The notes under the pieces were generated by a model. It was not told the DNA's origin and did no database searches. It worked only from the letters and a program-made list of their open reading frames with translations. 64,000 nt of DNA from an uncultured Hyphomicrobiales bacterium (GTDB taxonomy: Bacteria > Bacteroidota > Ignavibacteria > Kapaibacteriales > Kapaibacteriaceae): the NCBI GenBank assembly GCA_964467455.1, contig CAYXQJ010000006.1, forward strand, positions 1,867 to 65,866. The letters run 5' to 3'. Shown here one piece after another: positions 45,828-55,033 of this stretch. Both the position numbers and the translations under genes were made by a program. Numbering within the stretch: the stretch's first letter is position 1; each line of letters starts with the position of its first letter.

Positions 45828-47009
45828 ATGGAACAGCGTGAACACGAACGGGTGCTGGTTGGTTTCGACCGATATGGTCGGCGTTTGCTGCGTGATGTGT
45901 CGCTGGACAGCACCATAACACCTCGCACCTTATGGACGTTACTGATCGTCTGCCTGATCACGTGGCTGCCGACGGCGGTGCTTGCGGCGATCGAGGGCAA
46001 TTTTTATGACGGGACGATCCATTCGTTCCTTCTCGATCCGAATACGCAGGCACGGTTGCTGTTGGCGCTCCCCATTGCCGTGTTATGTCAGCCCATCATT
46101 CGGTCGGGCTGCAATGTTGTGACCGATTATGCTACGAAGAACCTTGTGCCATCGGACCAGCAGGACGAGCGGTGGCTGCCGGTGCTGGAGCGTGCGAAAG
46201 TGTTGGAGTATACGCGGTGGGTGAGTGTGGTCATTGCCATCGTCGTTGCAGGTGCTGCAGCTCGTGGCATGTTTGCAGCGGCATCGATCGTTGACGGTAA
46301 CGAGCACCTGTGGTATGCTTACGGTACTCCTGACGGCGCTTGGTTCACCTGGGCCGGATTCTGGTATTATCTCGTGGCCATTCCGGTCTATCAATACATC
46401 ATGGCCCGCATCTTGTGGACCTATTTCGTGTGGATCTGGGTGTTGTGGAAGCTTGCGCGAACGGACTTACAGATCACGGCCGTACATGGTGACAGAATGG
46501 GTGGCTTGAGTGTGTTGGCGAACGGTCAGTTCGGCTTTGTGATCTTCCTGACCTCCATGACCACATCGGTGGCCGGGGTATTGACCTTTGAGATCTTGGA
46601 AGGGCAGATCACGTTTGAAGCAGCACGCATGCAGATGGTAACCGCCGTCTTGATCGGTCTAGCTATTGTCATCTTGCCGATGTTGTTATTCGTCAACGAC
46701 CTCACGGATGAACGTCGCCGAGCGATCATCGACTATGCGACACTTTCAACACGGTTTGGTCGGAAGTATCACGCTCGGTGGATCGAAGGTGCCGAGCCAC
46801 AGGACGAACTCGACGAACAGATCGACGCCTCGTTTGTTGCTGACTTCAACGCCGTCTACGAGACCGCGACCTCACTCAAGCCCATTCCCGTCACCTTACG
46901 CAACGTGATCGCTGTCTTCATCATGCTGGCGTTGCCCTACATCCTCATCATGCTCACCCAGTTCTCTCCTGAGCAGATCGTCGCGCGGTTGGTGGATATC
47001 CTGAGCTAG
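45828..47009 (+). CDS. Hypothetical multi-pass membrane protein
   Basis: Start moved to ATG 45828 (MEQREHERVLV), preceded by AAGGAAG. About 6 TM. No motif recognised. Confidence 0.55.
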   Translation: MEQREHERVLVGFDRYGRRLLRDVSLDSTITPRTLWTLLIVCLITWLPTAVLAAIEGNFYDGTIHSFLLDPNTQARLLLALPIAVLCQPIIRSGCNVVTDYATKNLVPSDQQDERWLPVLERAKVLEYTRWVSVVIAIVVAGAAARGMFAAASIVDGNEHLWYAYGTPDGAWFTWAGFWYYLVAIPVYQYIMARILWTYFVWIWVLWKLARTDLQITAVHGDRMGGLSVLANGQFGFVIFLTSMTTSVAGVLTFEILEGQITFEAARMQMVTAVLIGLAIVILPMLLFVNDLTDERRRAIIDYATLSTRFGRKYHARWIEGAEPQDELDEQIDASFVADFNAVYETATSLKPIPVTLRNVIAVFIMLALPYILIMLTQFSPEQIVARLVDILS

Positions 47010-47034
47010 GAGTCAAAACGGAGATGAAACTGAA

Positions 47035-47430
47035 ATGAGAATGGCATTGAAGAGCATAGCGTGGATATCGCTCATGGTCGACTTTCTGTTCCTTCTCGGA
47101 TGCAACGAACCAAGTGATCCTCTACAGAAACGCATCATCGTCGTTAGTGGTGATACTGTTTCGTACGACTTGGACACGACATTATACTCAACGAAGAATG
47201 TTGCGAGCGGGTTGGTGCCAAATGCAAGAACTGCTGCGATGATCGCAGACGCAGTCATGATCGGCCTCTATGGTGATAAGGTCAGGGAGGCCCGTCCATA
47301 TGAGGTCGTCTTACAGCCTGATTCGACATGGCACGTAACCGGGTCGATTCATGGACGCAGGATGGGCTCAATGCCGCATGTGTTCATCTCTGCGAGAGAT
47401 GGAAGGGTGATCGATCAGTATTACGACTAA
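47035..47430 (+). CDS. Small lipoprotein, NTF2-fold (immunity-protein-like)
   Basis: Lipobox LFLLGC. AAMIADAVMIGLYGDKV..PYEVVL..DSTWHVTGS...ISARDGRVI resembles NTF2-fold immunity/YbbC-like proteins (from memory, weak). Confidence 0.45.
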   Translation: MRMALKSIAWISLMVDFLFLLGCNEPSDPLQKRIIVVSGDTVSYDLDTTLYSTKNVASGLVPNARTAAMIADAVMIGLYGDKVREARPYEVVLQPDSTWHVTGSIHGRRMGSMPHVFISARDGRVIDQYYD

Positions 47431-47442
47431 GGAAACTCGCCC

Positions 47443-48369
47443 CTACTCCTCGCTCTCACTCCGGGGATGGGCCTTCAAGTATGCCTCTTTCAAGCGCTCG
47501 ACGCTGACGTGCGTGTAGACCTGCGTGGTGGAAAGGGAAGCATGACCCAACATGTCGCTGACGGCCTTGAGGTCGGCGCCGTTGTCGAGAAGGTGAGTAG
47601 CAAACGAATGACGCAAGACGTGCGGACTTTTGCGTTGTGCTTCGGTAAGTGGATCAAGGACTCTCTTGACGATGCGATAGGCAGACGCAGGAGAGAGACG
47701 TCCACCGCGATCACCAAGAAACAGCGCTGTTTCCTCCGATGATGCAAGCAACTCATGACGTCGCGCGCGATACTCGGTGATCGCCTCTACGGCTGAGCCC
47801 GTCACCGGCACGATGCGCTCCTTGCTGCGCTTACCCACAACACGCACCGTACGCACGCGCGGGTCGATGTCGTCAACATTCAACTGTAGCGCTTCGCTCA
47901 AGCGTAGACCCGAGCCGTAGAGCAACTCGCACAAGGCACGGTCGCGCAGACCTTGTACGGTCGATACGTCGAATGTCGTGGCCATCTGCCGCGCCTCTTC
48001 CTGCTGCAGAAAACTGGGCAGCTTCTTCTCCATCTTCGGACTCGCCACTACGGCCGCAGGGTTGCGGTCGAGCACACCGGTGCGGACCAGATACTTGAAC
48101 AACGACTTCACGGCCGCCAACTTCATCCGGATCGAGCGTTTGGTAAGCCCCTTATCATGAAGCCATCCAAGAAAGGGGCGGATCTCGTGTTCGGTGATGT
48201 CGGCAACGTTGGGGTCTTCGCCAAAGGTCTCACGAAAGAAGACCGCGAACTGCTCCAAGGCCGTGCGGTAGGCCGTCACGGTATGGTCCGACGACCCTTT
48301 TTCGATCTCAAGGTCGGACAAGAAGGTCGTGATGGCGTGGTATATTTGCAAGTTCTGGACTTCCAACAT
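47443..48369 (-). CDS. Tyrosine site-specific recombinase XerC/XerD
   Basis: RLSE..HVLRHSFATHLLDNGADLKAVSDMLGHASLSTTQVYTHV catalytic region. Start at 48369 or 48378. Confidence 0.85.
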   Translation of the reverse strand: MLEVQNLQIYHAITTFLSDLEIEKGSSDHTVTAYRTALEQFAVFFRETFGEDPNVADITEHEIRPFLGWLHDKGLTKRSIRMKLAAVKSLFKYLVRTGVLDRNPAAVVASPKMEKKLPSFLQQEEARQMATTFDVSTVQGLRDRALCELLYGSGLRLSEALQLNVDDIDPRVRTVRVVGKRSKERIVPVTGSAVEAITEYRARRHELLASSEETALFLGDRGGRLSPASAYRIVKRVLDPLTEAQRKSPHVLRHSFATHLLDNGADLKAVSDMLGHASLSTTQVYTHVSVERLKEAYLKAHPRSESEE

Positions 48370-49810
48370 GTTGCACATCCGAAACTACATAAACGGCGGG
48401 TTTCATGACCCTGTTGGCGGGCAGTGGCTCGACAACGTCAATCCTGCCACGGGCGAGGTGTATTCACTGGTCGCCCGCAGTACCCAAGCCGACGTCGACC
48501 ATGCCGTCGAAGCAGCCCGTGCGGCCTTCCCGCACTGGTCCGGGCTGACGTCTAAACAACGTAGCGAGGTCTTGCTGGAAGTGTCGCGTAAGATCCGACT
48601 CCATCTTGAAGACCTGGCCCTGGCCGAATCCGACGATAACGGCAAACCCCTGTGGCTGTCGAGAAGCGTCGATATTCCCCGCGCCGAAGCCAACATGGCC
48701 TTCTTTGCCACCGAGATCCTGCACACGGAAACGGCGGCCCATCTGACCGATCAGCACACACTGAACTATACGGTCCGCTCGCCCCTTGGCGTCGTAGGCT
48801 GTATCTCGCCGTGGAACTTGCCGCTGTATCTGTTCACGTGGAAGATCGCTCCTGCCCTGGCTGCCGGCAACTGCGTCGTGGCCAAGCCGTCGGAGCTCAC
48901 GCCGATGACGGCCTTCATCTTCTCCAAACTCTGCACTGACGCAGGACTCCCTCCCGGTGTCTTGAACGTTGTTCATGGGTTAGGGGGCGAGTGTGGCGCC
49001 GCTATCGTTGATCATCCGCACGTCAAGGCGATCTCCTTTACCGGTGGCACAACAACGGGCGAGATCATCGCACGGACGGCCGCACCGAAGTTCAAGAAGT
49101 TGTCGCTGGAGCTTGGTGGAAAGAATCCGACGTTGGTCTTTGGCGACGTCGACATTCCGCACGTGGCGCGTCACGTTGCACGAGCAGCGTTCACCAACCA
49201 GGGCGAGATCTGCTTGTGCGGATCACGCATCTTCATCGAGCGCAGCATCTACGAAGAATTCAAACACGCACTGATCGCCGAGACGCAGCGCTTCAGGGTC
49301 GGCGACCCGCATGAAGCTGAATCTAAGATGGGCGCTGTGGTCAACGAAGCGCACATGAACAAGGTGCTGTCGTATATCGAGCTGGCCAAACAAGAAGGCG
49401 GTACCATCCTCACGGGCGGACATCGCGTGCACATCGAAGGTCGATGCGCCAACGGATTCTTCGTCGCGCCGACATTGATCGACGGACTTGATGCTCAGTG
49501 CCGCGTCAATCAAGAAGAGATCTTCGGTCCGGTGGCAACACTCATACCGTTCGATCATGAAGACGAAGCACTCGGCGGTGCGAACAGCACAATGTATGGC
49601 CTAGCCGCAAGCGTGTGGACTAACAACCTCAGCAAGGCCCATCGCGTTGCCAACAAGTTGGAAAGCGGCATCGTCTGGGTGAACTGCTGGCTCGTGCGCG
49701 ACCTGCGCACACCCTTCGGCGGCGTGAAGAACAGCGGCGTCGGACGCGAAGGCGGCACTGAAGCGTTGCGGTTCTTTACGGAGCCGAAAAACATTTGTAT
49801 TCAATATTGA
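48368..49810 (+). CDS. NAD-dependent aldehyde dehydrogenase (hydroxy/aminomuconic-semialdehyde dehydrogenase-like)
   Basis: Start moved to ATG 48368 (MLHIRNYINGGF). ALDH motifs VAKPSELTP, ELGGKNP, and EICLCGSR with the catalytic Cys. Confidence 0.85.
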   Translation: MLHIRNYINGGFHDPVGGQWLDNVNPATGEVYSLVARSTQADVDHAVEAARAAFPHWSGLTSKQRSEVLLEVSRKIRLHLEDLALAESDDNGKPLWLSRSVDIPRAEANMAFFATEILHTETAAHLTDQHTLNYTVRSPLGVVGCISPWNLPLYLFTWKIAPALAAGNCVVAKPSELTPMTAFIFSKLCTDAGLPPGVLNVVHGLGGECGAAIVDHPHVKAISFTGGTTTGEIIARTAAPKFKKLSLELGGKNPTLVFGDVDIPHVARHVARAAFTNQGEICLCGSRIFIERSIYEEFKHALIAETQRFRVGDPHEAESKMGAVVNEAHMNKVLSYIELAKQEGGTILTGGHRVHIEGRCANGFFVAPTLIDGLDAQCRVNQEEIFGPVATLIPFDHEDEALGGANSTMYGLAASVWTNNLSKAHRVANKLESGIVWVNCWLVRDLRTPFGGVKNSGVGREGGTEALRFFTEPKNICIQY

Positions 49811-49813
49811 ACA

Positions 49814-49841
49814 GCAAGTAGCGAGTAGCAAGTAGCGAGTA
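49814..49841. repeat. Heptamer array GC(A/G)AGTA x4 ending 1 nt before the RidA ATG
   Basis: GCAAGTA GCGAGTA GCAAGTA GCGAGTA c ATG. Confidence 0.9.
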
Positions 49842-49842
49842 C

Positions 49843-50280
49843 ATGACACCAACCACAGACCACAAACTAAAAACCATAAAAAACAGCGACCGTGCCCCTG
49901 AACCAGTCGGAGCGTATCCGCATGCGGTGCAGGTGGGGAACATGTTGTACCTCAGCGGGGTCGGACCGCGGGAACGGGGGAAGAAGGAGATCCCGGGGGT
50001 GACGCTGGGTGCTGATGGACAGGTGGTGGACTATGACATCACGGAACAAACGCTGTCGGTGTTCCGCAACATCCGCTACATCATCGAAGATGCCGGTGCG
50101 AAGTGGGAGAACATCATCGACGTACAGGTCTACTTGACCAACATGAAGAAGGATTTTCCGGTGTTCAACAAGCTGTATGCCGAACATTTCGCCGGCGTGA
50201 ACGCCTGCCGTACCACGGTGGAGATCGGGGCACTACCGACACCTATTGCCGTAGAATTGAAAGTGATCGCACTGTTATGA
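49843..50280 (+). CDS. RidA/YjgF/L-PSP family protein
   Basis: APEPVGAYPHAVQVGNMLYLSG..VQVYLTNMKDF..RTTVEIGALP, the RidA fold pattern. Confidence 0.85.
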   Translation: MTPTTDHKLKTIKNSDRAPEPVGAYPHAVQVGNMLYLSGVGPRERGKKEIPGVTLGADGQVVDYDITEQTLSVFRNIRYIIEDAGAKWENIIDVQVYLTNMKKDFPVFNKLYAEHFAGVNACRTTVEIGALPTPIAVELKVIALL

Positions 50281-53200
50281 TGAAGTTCCTTCGTTTGATC
50301 GTGCTGGCGGCGGCAGCGGTGTGTGCAAGCACTATCGCGTCGGCGCAACCACGGATCTCCTATCTGTTGCCTGACCTGGGCACCACACGATTTGCCACGT
50401 ATGTGGAGTTCATCGGACCAGCGAGCGTCGAAGGCAACTTCGGCAACGACGGTTTCTATTTGAACAATGCCGGTGATGCCGTTCGTGTGCGTTGTGCACG
50501 GCCGGCCGACACCAACCTCGTCAAGATCGGTCCGGCAGTGGTGAGCTGGCGAGGCCGGATGGTGAGCACCCACATCTTTGTGCTCCCGACCGTCGCCCCC
50601 AACTCCGATCAGTGGGATCAACTGCAGCCGCAGTTCCGCATCCCGGTGGTTGTTGAAGTCAATGGACAGGTCTCGAACGCTGATACGTTTTATATCGTTC
50701 GGCCCTTCGCTTTCGGAGACCGCAGGACGGACGGCAATCGCGTGCTCGGTGAGACCACACTCGGAAGACGCTCACGTCGTGGTGCGATGATCGTCGACTC
50801 GATGGTCCTTGCCGCCAATGCCTCGTACAACGTCAGCACATTGGACTGTGACCCATCAACGCCGGGTAATCAAGGGTTGTTGCCCTTCACGCTGTTGGCC
50901 GTGCGCAATATCTCTGGTAGCAACGGCACAGAGATCCACGCCGATGCCAACGGCATCGATGGTGGTCCGGGCGGCGGTGGTGGCGGCGGACCGTATGCCA
51001 ACTTCGCCTTGGGTTCTTCGAACCGCGGCGGACGCGGTGGCAATGGATTTACGGGTGGCGGACCCGGTGGCTATAACAACAACAACATCCCGCTGGCCCC
51101 ATCGAATGAAAAACAGAAGCCGGGCATCGGTTCGGGTGAAGATCTTGCAAAGAACAATGCCAACACCACCGGCAGTGCATCCCTGAACGGCCTTGGTGGT
51201 GGTAAGTCGTCAGGTAACTATGAGAACGCCGGCGGCGGCACGGGTCATCCCTTTGCACAGAGTGGAGATGCCTGCGTTGATCGCAACACGTGCGATCTTC
51301 CCGGTGGATATGGCGGTGGCACCGGTGTGCGTGAAGGTGAACGCGGTGGTGGCGGCGGCTTTGGTACGGCGGGTGAGTCGGCCACCAATCGACAGAACGG
51401 CGGCAAGGTTCATGGTAACGACTGTCTGGTTCCTCTTGCCGGTGGCTCCGGCGGCGCGAGTGGTAATCCATCGGGGACAGACTTCGCCAGTGCCGGCGGC
51501 GGCGGCGGCGGTGCAGTATCGATCCACGGTGAACGTCTCGCCAACTTCGACGTGTTTGCGCGCGGTGATTCACCGTCGGCACAAGACACCCGCGGCGGTG
51601 CCGGCTCCGGCGGCGGCGTGATCTTGGGCATGCGACTCGACAATACCGGATTTGGCTTTGTGTCGTCGCAGATCGGTTCCCGTCAAGGCCCCGGCTTCCT
51701 TGAAGGCGGGCGCGGTCGTGCTCGCTACGACGCTCGTGTGCCGAACTCTTCATCGTATTATGTCGGCCCCCTAACCGATACCTTGACCGCATCCTTACGT
51801 GATGTGTCCCTCACGGGTGATGGTGATGGCTCTGATCTGTTCATCTATGTGAAGGGGCTGAATGGTCCGTGGATCGTGATCGACACGGTCACGGGCTATA
51901 CCGGTTTGTGGAGGAGTAACTTTCGTCTGCCGGGATCGGATACGGTCTACTTCGTTGCCGTTGGACAGCAGATCGCCATTCCGAATCGCACACAGTATGT
52001 GCATGATCCCGGTGTGGTGCTCTCGCAGTCGGCATGGAACATCATTCGTCTGTTCGGTCCGCCGCAGTTGCGGGCACCGAGCACGGTCGATCTTGGTGTG
52101 TTCAAATGTCCGGGCGACCTCGTGCTGGATACCATCACGATCACGAATCTTGGTGAGTCGCCGTTGGAGATCAACAACCCGACATGGACGGGTGATCCGG
52201 GGTTCCGCATCGTGAGTCCGACGATCTTCCCCGACACCATCATCACGAACTCGTCAAAGCAATACATCATCGGCTATACGGCACCGATCGGTATTCAGGG
52301 TGTGCAGAACGGTCGGCTGTTGTTAGAGCATAACGACACGACAGGACCGGCACGTCCATGGCCGATCGATGTGCGTGTTGATGTGCGCCCCTACAATGTC
52401 GAATACGTATGGCGTGGCATCACCGGCGACACGATCGATCTTGGCTTCTTGTGTTTAGGTACGCCGTTGGTGGATCAGGTGACGGTGACGAATATTGGTC
52501 TCGACCCTGTTCTGCTGGATAGTTATCAAACAGGTGATCCTTCGTTGTTGACGGTTTCTGCCAATCTCCCGTTCCAAGTTGACCCAACACTTTCGCGAAA
52601 CCTCGGTCTCAACTTCACCGCACGTCGCATTGGTCCGGCGATCGTCCCAACGTTCCTTTATATCGATGGTTGTTCACAACCGGATACGTTGTGGGTACGT
52701 TTTGAAGGTGTTGCATCGCAGATCACGTTGATCGGCAGTGGTCAATTCGGCAATGTAGTTGTTGGCACGTCTCGTGAGATTGTACTTGAAGTCCGTAATG
52801 ATGGGTCATGTGATCTCGACATTCCAACCATCCCGCCGGTGATCCCTCCGTTCCGACTGGTGTCGGCTGCGCCGCCACCACCAACGATACTCCGGCCCGG
52901 AACGTCGATGTTCTTACGGTATGAGTTCACGCCGATGGTGAACGGTCCGGCCACGCAGTCGTTCTATCTAAGATCCATTGCTTTCGAACGTTCATGCGCC
53001 GACAGTATTCCTATCATTCTTGTTGGCAACGGCATCTCGGCGAAGGTCGTCGCAGATCCGGGCTCATTGAACTTTGCTGTCATCACGTCGTGTGAACGTG
53101 ACACCCTTTCACTCGTCATCAAGAACGATGGAACGGTCGATGTGACGTTGTTGTATCCGGCGTTTATCAACGGCGCTGATGCTCCTGACTTCTCGGTGCT

Positions 53201-55025
53201 GACGCAGCCGCGTGCAGATACGGTGATCCCGCCTGGTGGCAGTGCGATCTATGAAGTGGTGTTCTCGCCATCGTCTAGCGTCAACGCTAACCGGTCGGCC
53301 ATCCTCAATGTTCGCACCGATGCTGTCGGTGCTTCGGAGGTGAACGTACCTCTCAACGGTAGGCGCATCGCGATCGACGTGCAGGGACCGCGTATCATCG
53401 ATCTTGGACTGATCCCGGTCGGAACGGCGTCGTCATCAACGGCAACCTACACCAATGCCACCGGCGTTGCAGTGACCGTGTCACGGGTCACCTCATCAAC
53501 AACTCAGGTAACCCCGGCACCAAACACCTTTACGATGGCAGTTGCTGCGACCCAAGATGTTGTGGTGACCGTGATCCCCAATTCGGAAGGGGCAGGTGAA
53601 GATACACTATGGTTCGCTACGGACGATCCTTGTGCTGATTCGTTCTCGGTGATCGTACGTTGGACGGCAGAGACCGGCGATCTAAGCGTGCAAAATGCAC
53701 TTCCGTTCGGAGTGCTAAGCAACTGCGAACAGAGACGCGACTCCGTGATCGTTGCGAACACCGGTAGTGTGCCGGTCGATCTTATCGACGTTGTCATCAA
53801 CGGCACCGATGCAAGTCTCTTCACATTGGAAGATCCAGCAGTGGTAACCAATGTGACGCTTGATGTTGGTGATTCGGCCATCCTCTATGTGATCTTTGAT
53901 CCGCGCGGCAGCACGGACGGTCTGAAGACCGCCGAGATCACGATCCGCGCACGGATCAACAATCAGCCAACACCATTCATCACGCAGGTCACCGGAACTC
54001 GCCGAACAACCATTCCATCAGCGCCGGGCAGCGTGGCTTTCGGCCTCGTTGATATCGCCACGACGAGTGCACAGACCGTCACCATCGTCAATACAGGTGC
54101 AGATCCTGTTCGCGTCTCGCGCATCTATGTGCTGGGAACGTCGGGTGGTATGTTCGCCGTCACTCCGCCGGGACTTCCCGTCACGTTGCAGCCAAGTGAG
54201 CGCATCGACCTGCGCGTCGAGTTCACGCCGGCAGATAAGATCGCCTACGTTGACACGCTCTTGGTCGAGTTTGATCAACCGTGCGCTGATGTGAGCCCGA
54301 TCCCGCTCAGCGGCACCGGTCGTTTGAACGTCGAGATCGCCATCTACATGCCAAAGATGAATATCGATCCGACAGATGACGATGCACGACTTCCGATCAC
54401 AGCGCGTATCGTAACAGGGTCGGCAACGACAGCAACGGTCGATCTCACCATGTCGATCTTGATCGACGGACCGGTATTCGTCGCGCGATCGCTCTCAACT
54501 GGAACGATCACCCGAAACGAAGTTGTGGGAGGATTCACAGAGATCGAATGCTCGTTGCCAAACGTCACCATCGGTGCAACAGAAGGCACGCTTGTGGAGA
54601 TCATCGGTCAAGCAACGATCGGTCCGGTCGATTCTGCAACGATCGATCTCGTCGCTGCTACGGCATTGTCTCAGGGCGCTCCGATGAATGTTCGGCTCTA
54701 CGACGGTGTGCTCCGTTTGGAGATCTGTCAAGAGGGCGGACCAAGACTTGTCACACGATCCGGCTGGTTAGGGATCACTGTTGCACCACAGCCGGCAGAC
54801 GAGCAAATGCAGATCACATGCCATGTCTACGAAGTTGGCCCACACTTGGTTGAGATATTGGATGCCACCGGACAGGTGATCTTTGATGAGTGGTGGAATC
54901 ATGCTCAGGGTGATCCGCCAAAGGTGTTCGAAGTTGACACACGTTCGTTCGGTTCTGGTGTCTATGTGATCAGACTGTCCACCCCAACACGCCAGAAGTC
55001 GACGACGGCGTTGATCGTACATTGA
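50277..55025 (+). CDS. Giant secreted protein: Gly-rich domain, many Ig-like repeats, T9SS C-terminal domain
   Basis: Start moved to ATG 50277 (MMKFLRLIVLAAAAVCASTIASAQ), overlapping the RidA stop (ATGA). Gly-rich segment GGPGGGGGGGPY..GGGGGFG..AGGGGGGAV. At least 9 beta-sandwich repeats (FG.V.VG....V.V.N.G; F.P). Tail LVEILDATGQVIF..GVYVIRLST. Confidence 0.8.
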   Translation: MMKFLRLIVLAAAAVCASTIASAQPRISYLLPDLGTTRFATYVEFIGPASVEGNFGNDGFYLNNAGDAVRVRCARPADTNLVKIGPAVVSWRGRMVSTHIFVLPTVAPNSDQWDQLQPQFRIPVVVEVNGQVSNADTFYIVRPFAFGDRRTDGNRVLGETTLGRRSRRGAMIVDSMVLAANASYNVSTLDCDPSTPGNQGLLPFTLLAVRNISGSNGTEIHADANGIDGGPGGGGGGGPYANFALGSSNRGGRGGNGFTGGGPGGYNNNNIPLAPSNEKQKPGIGSGEDLAKNNANTTGSASLNGLGGGKSSGNYENAGGGTGHPFAQSGDACVDRNTCDLPGGYGGGTGVREGERGGGGGFGTAGESATNRQNGGKVHGNDCLVPLAGGSGGASGNPSGTDFASAGGGGGGAVSIHGERLANFDVFARGDSPSAQDTRGGAGSGGGVILGMRLDNTGFGFVSSQIGSRQGPGFLEGGRGRARYDARVPNSSSYYVGPLTDTLTASLRDVSLTGDGDGSDLFIYVKGLNGPWIVIDTVTGYTGLWRSNFRLPGSDTVYFVAVGQQIAIPNRTQYVHDPGVVLSQSAWNIIRLFGPPQLRAPSTVDLGVFKCPGDLVLDTITITNLGESPLEINNPTWTGDPGFRIVSPTIFPDTIITNSSKQYIIGYTAPIGIQGVQNGRLLLEHNDTTGPARPWPIDVRVDVRPYNVEYVWRGITGDTIDLGFLCLGTPLVDQVTVTNIGLDPVLLDSYQTGDPSLLTVSANLPFQVDPTLSRNLGLNFTARRIGPAIVPTFLYIDGCSQPDTLWVRFEGVASQITLIGSGQFGNVVVGTSREIVLEVRNDGSCDLDIPTIPPVIPPFRLVSAAPPPPTILRPGTSMFLRYEFTPMVNGPATQSFYLRSIAFERSCADSIPIILVGNGISAKVVADPGSLNFAVITSCERDTLSLVIKNDGTVDVTLLYPAFINGADAPDFSVLTQPRADTVIPPGGSAIYEVVFSPSSSVNANRSAILNVRTDAVGASEVNVPLNGRRIAIDVQGPRIIDLGLIPVGTASSSTATYTNATGVAVTVSRVTSSTTQVTPAPNTFTMAVAATQDVVVTVIPNSEGAGEDTLWFATDDPCADSFSVIVRWTAETGDLSVQNALPFGVLSNCEQRRDSVIVANTGSVPVDLIDVVINGTDASLFTLEDPAVVTNVTLDVGDSAILYVIFDPRGSTDGLKTAEITIRARINNQPTPFITQVTGTRRTTIPSAPGSVAFGLVDIATTSAQTVTIVNTGADPVRVSRIYVLGTSGGMFAVTPPGLPVTLQPSERIDLRVEFTPADKIAYVDTLLVEFDQPCADVSPIPLSGTGRLNVEIAIYMPKMNIDPTDDDARLPITARIVTGSATTATVDLTMSILIDGPVFVARSLSTGTITRNEVVGGFTEIECSLPNVTIGATEGTLVEIIGQATIGPVDSATIDLVAATALSQGAPMNVRLYDGVLRLEICQEGGPRLVTRSGWLGITVAPQPADEQMQITCHVYEVGPHLVEILDATGQVIFDEWWNHAQGDPPKVFEVDTRSFGSGVYVIRLSTPTRQKSTTALIVH

Positions 55026-55033
55026 AGCCTATT

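Noticed and set aside
50961-51630. The Gly-rich stretch as a separate gene or an intergenic low-complexity region
   Set aside because: It is in frame and continuous with the flanking Ig-like repeats of the 50277..55025 ORF, so it is treated as a domain of that protein.
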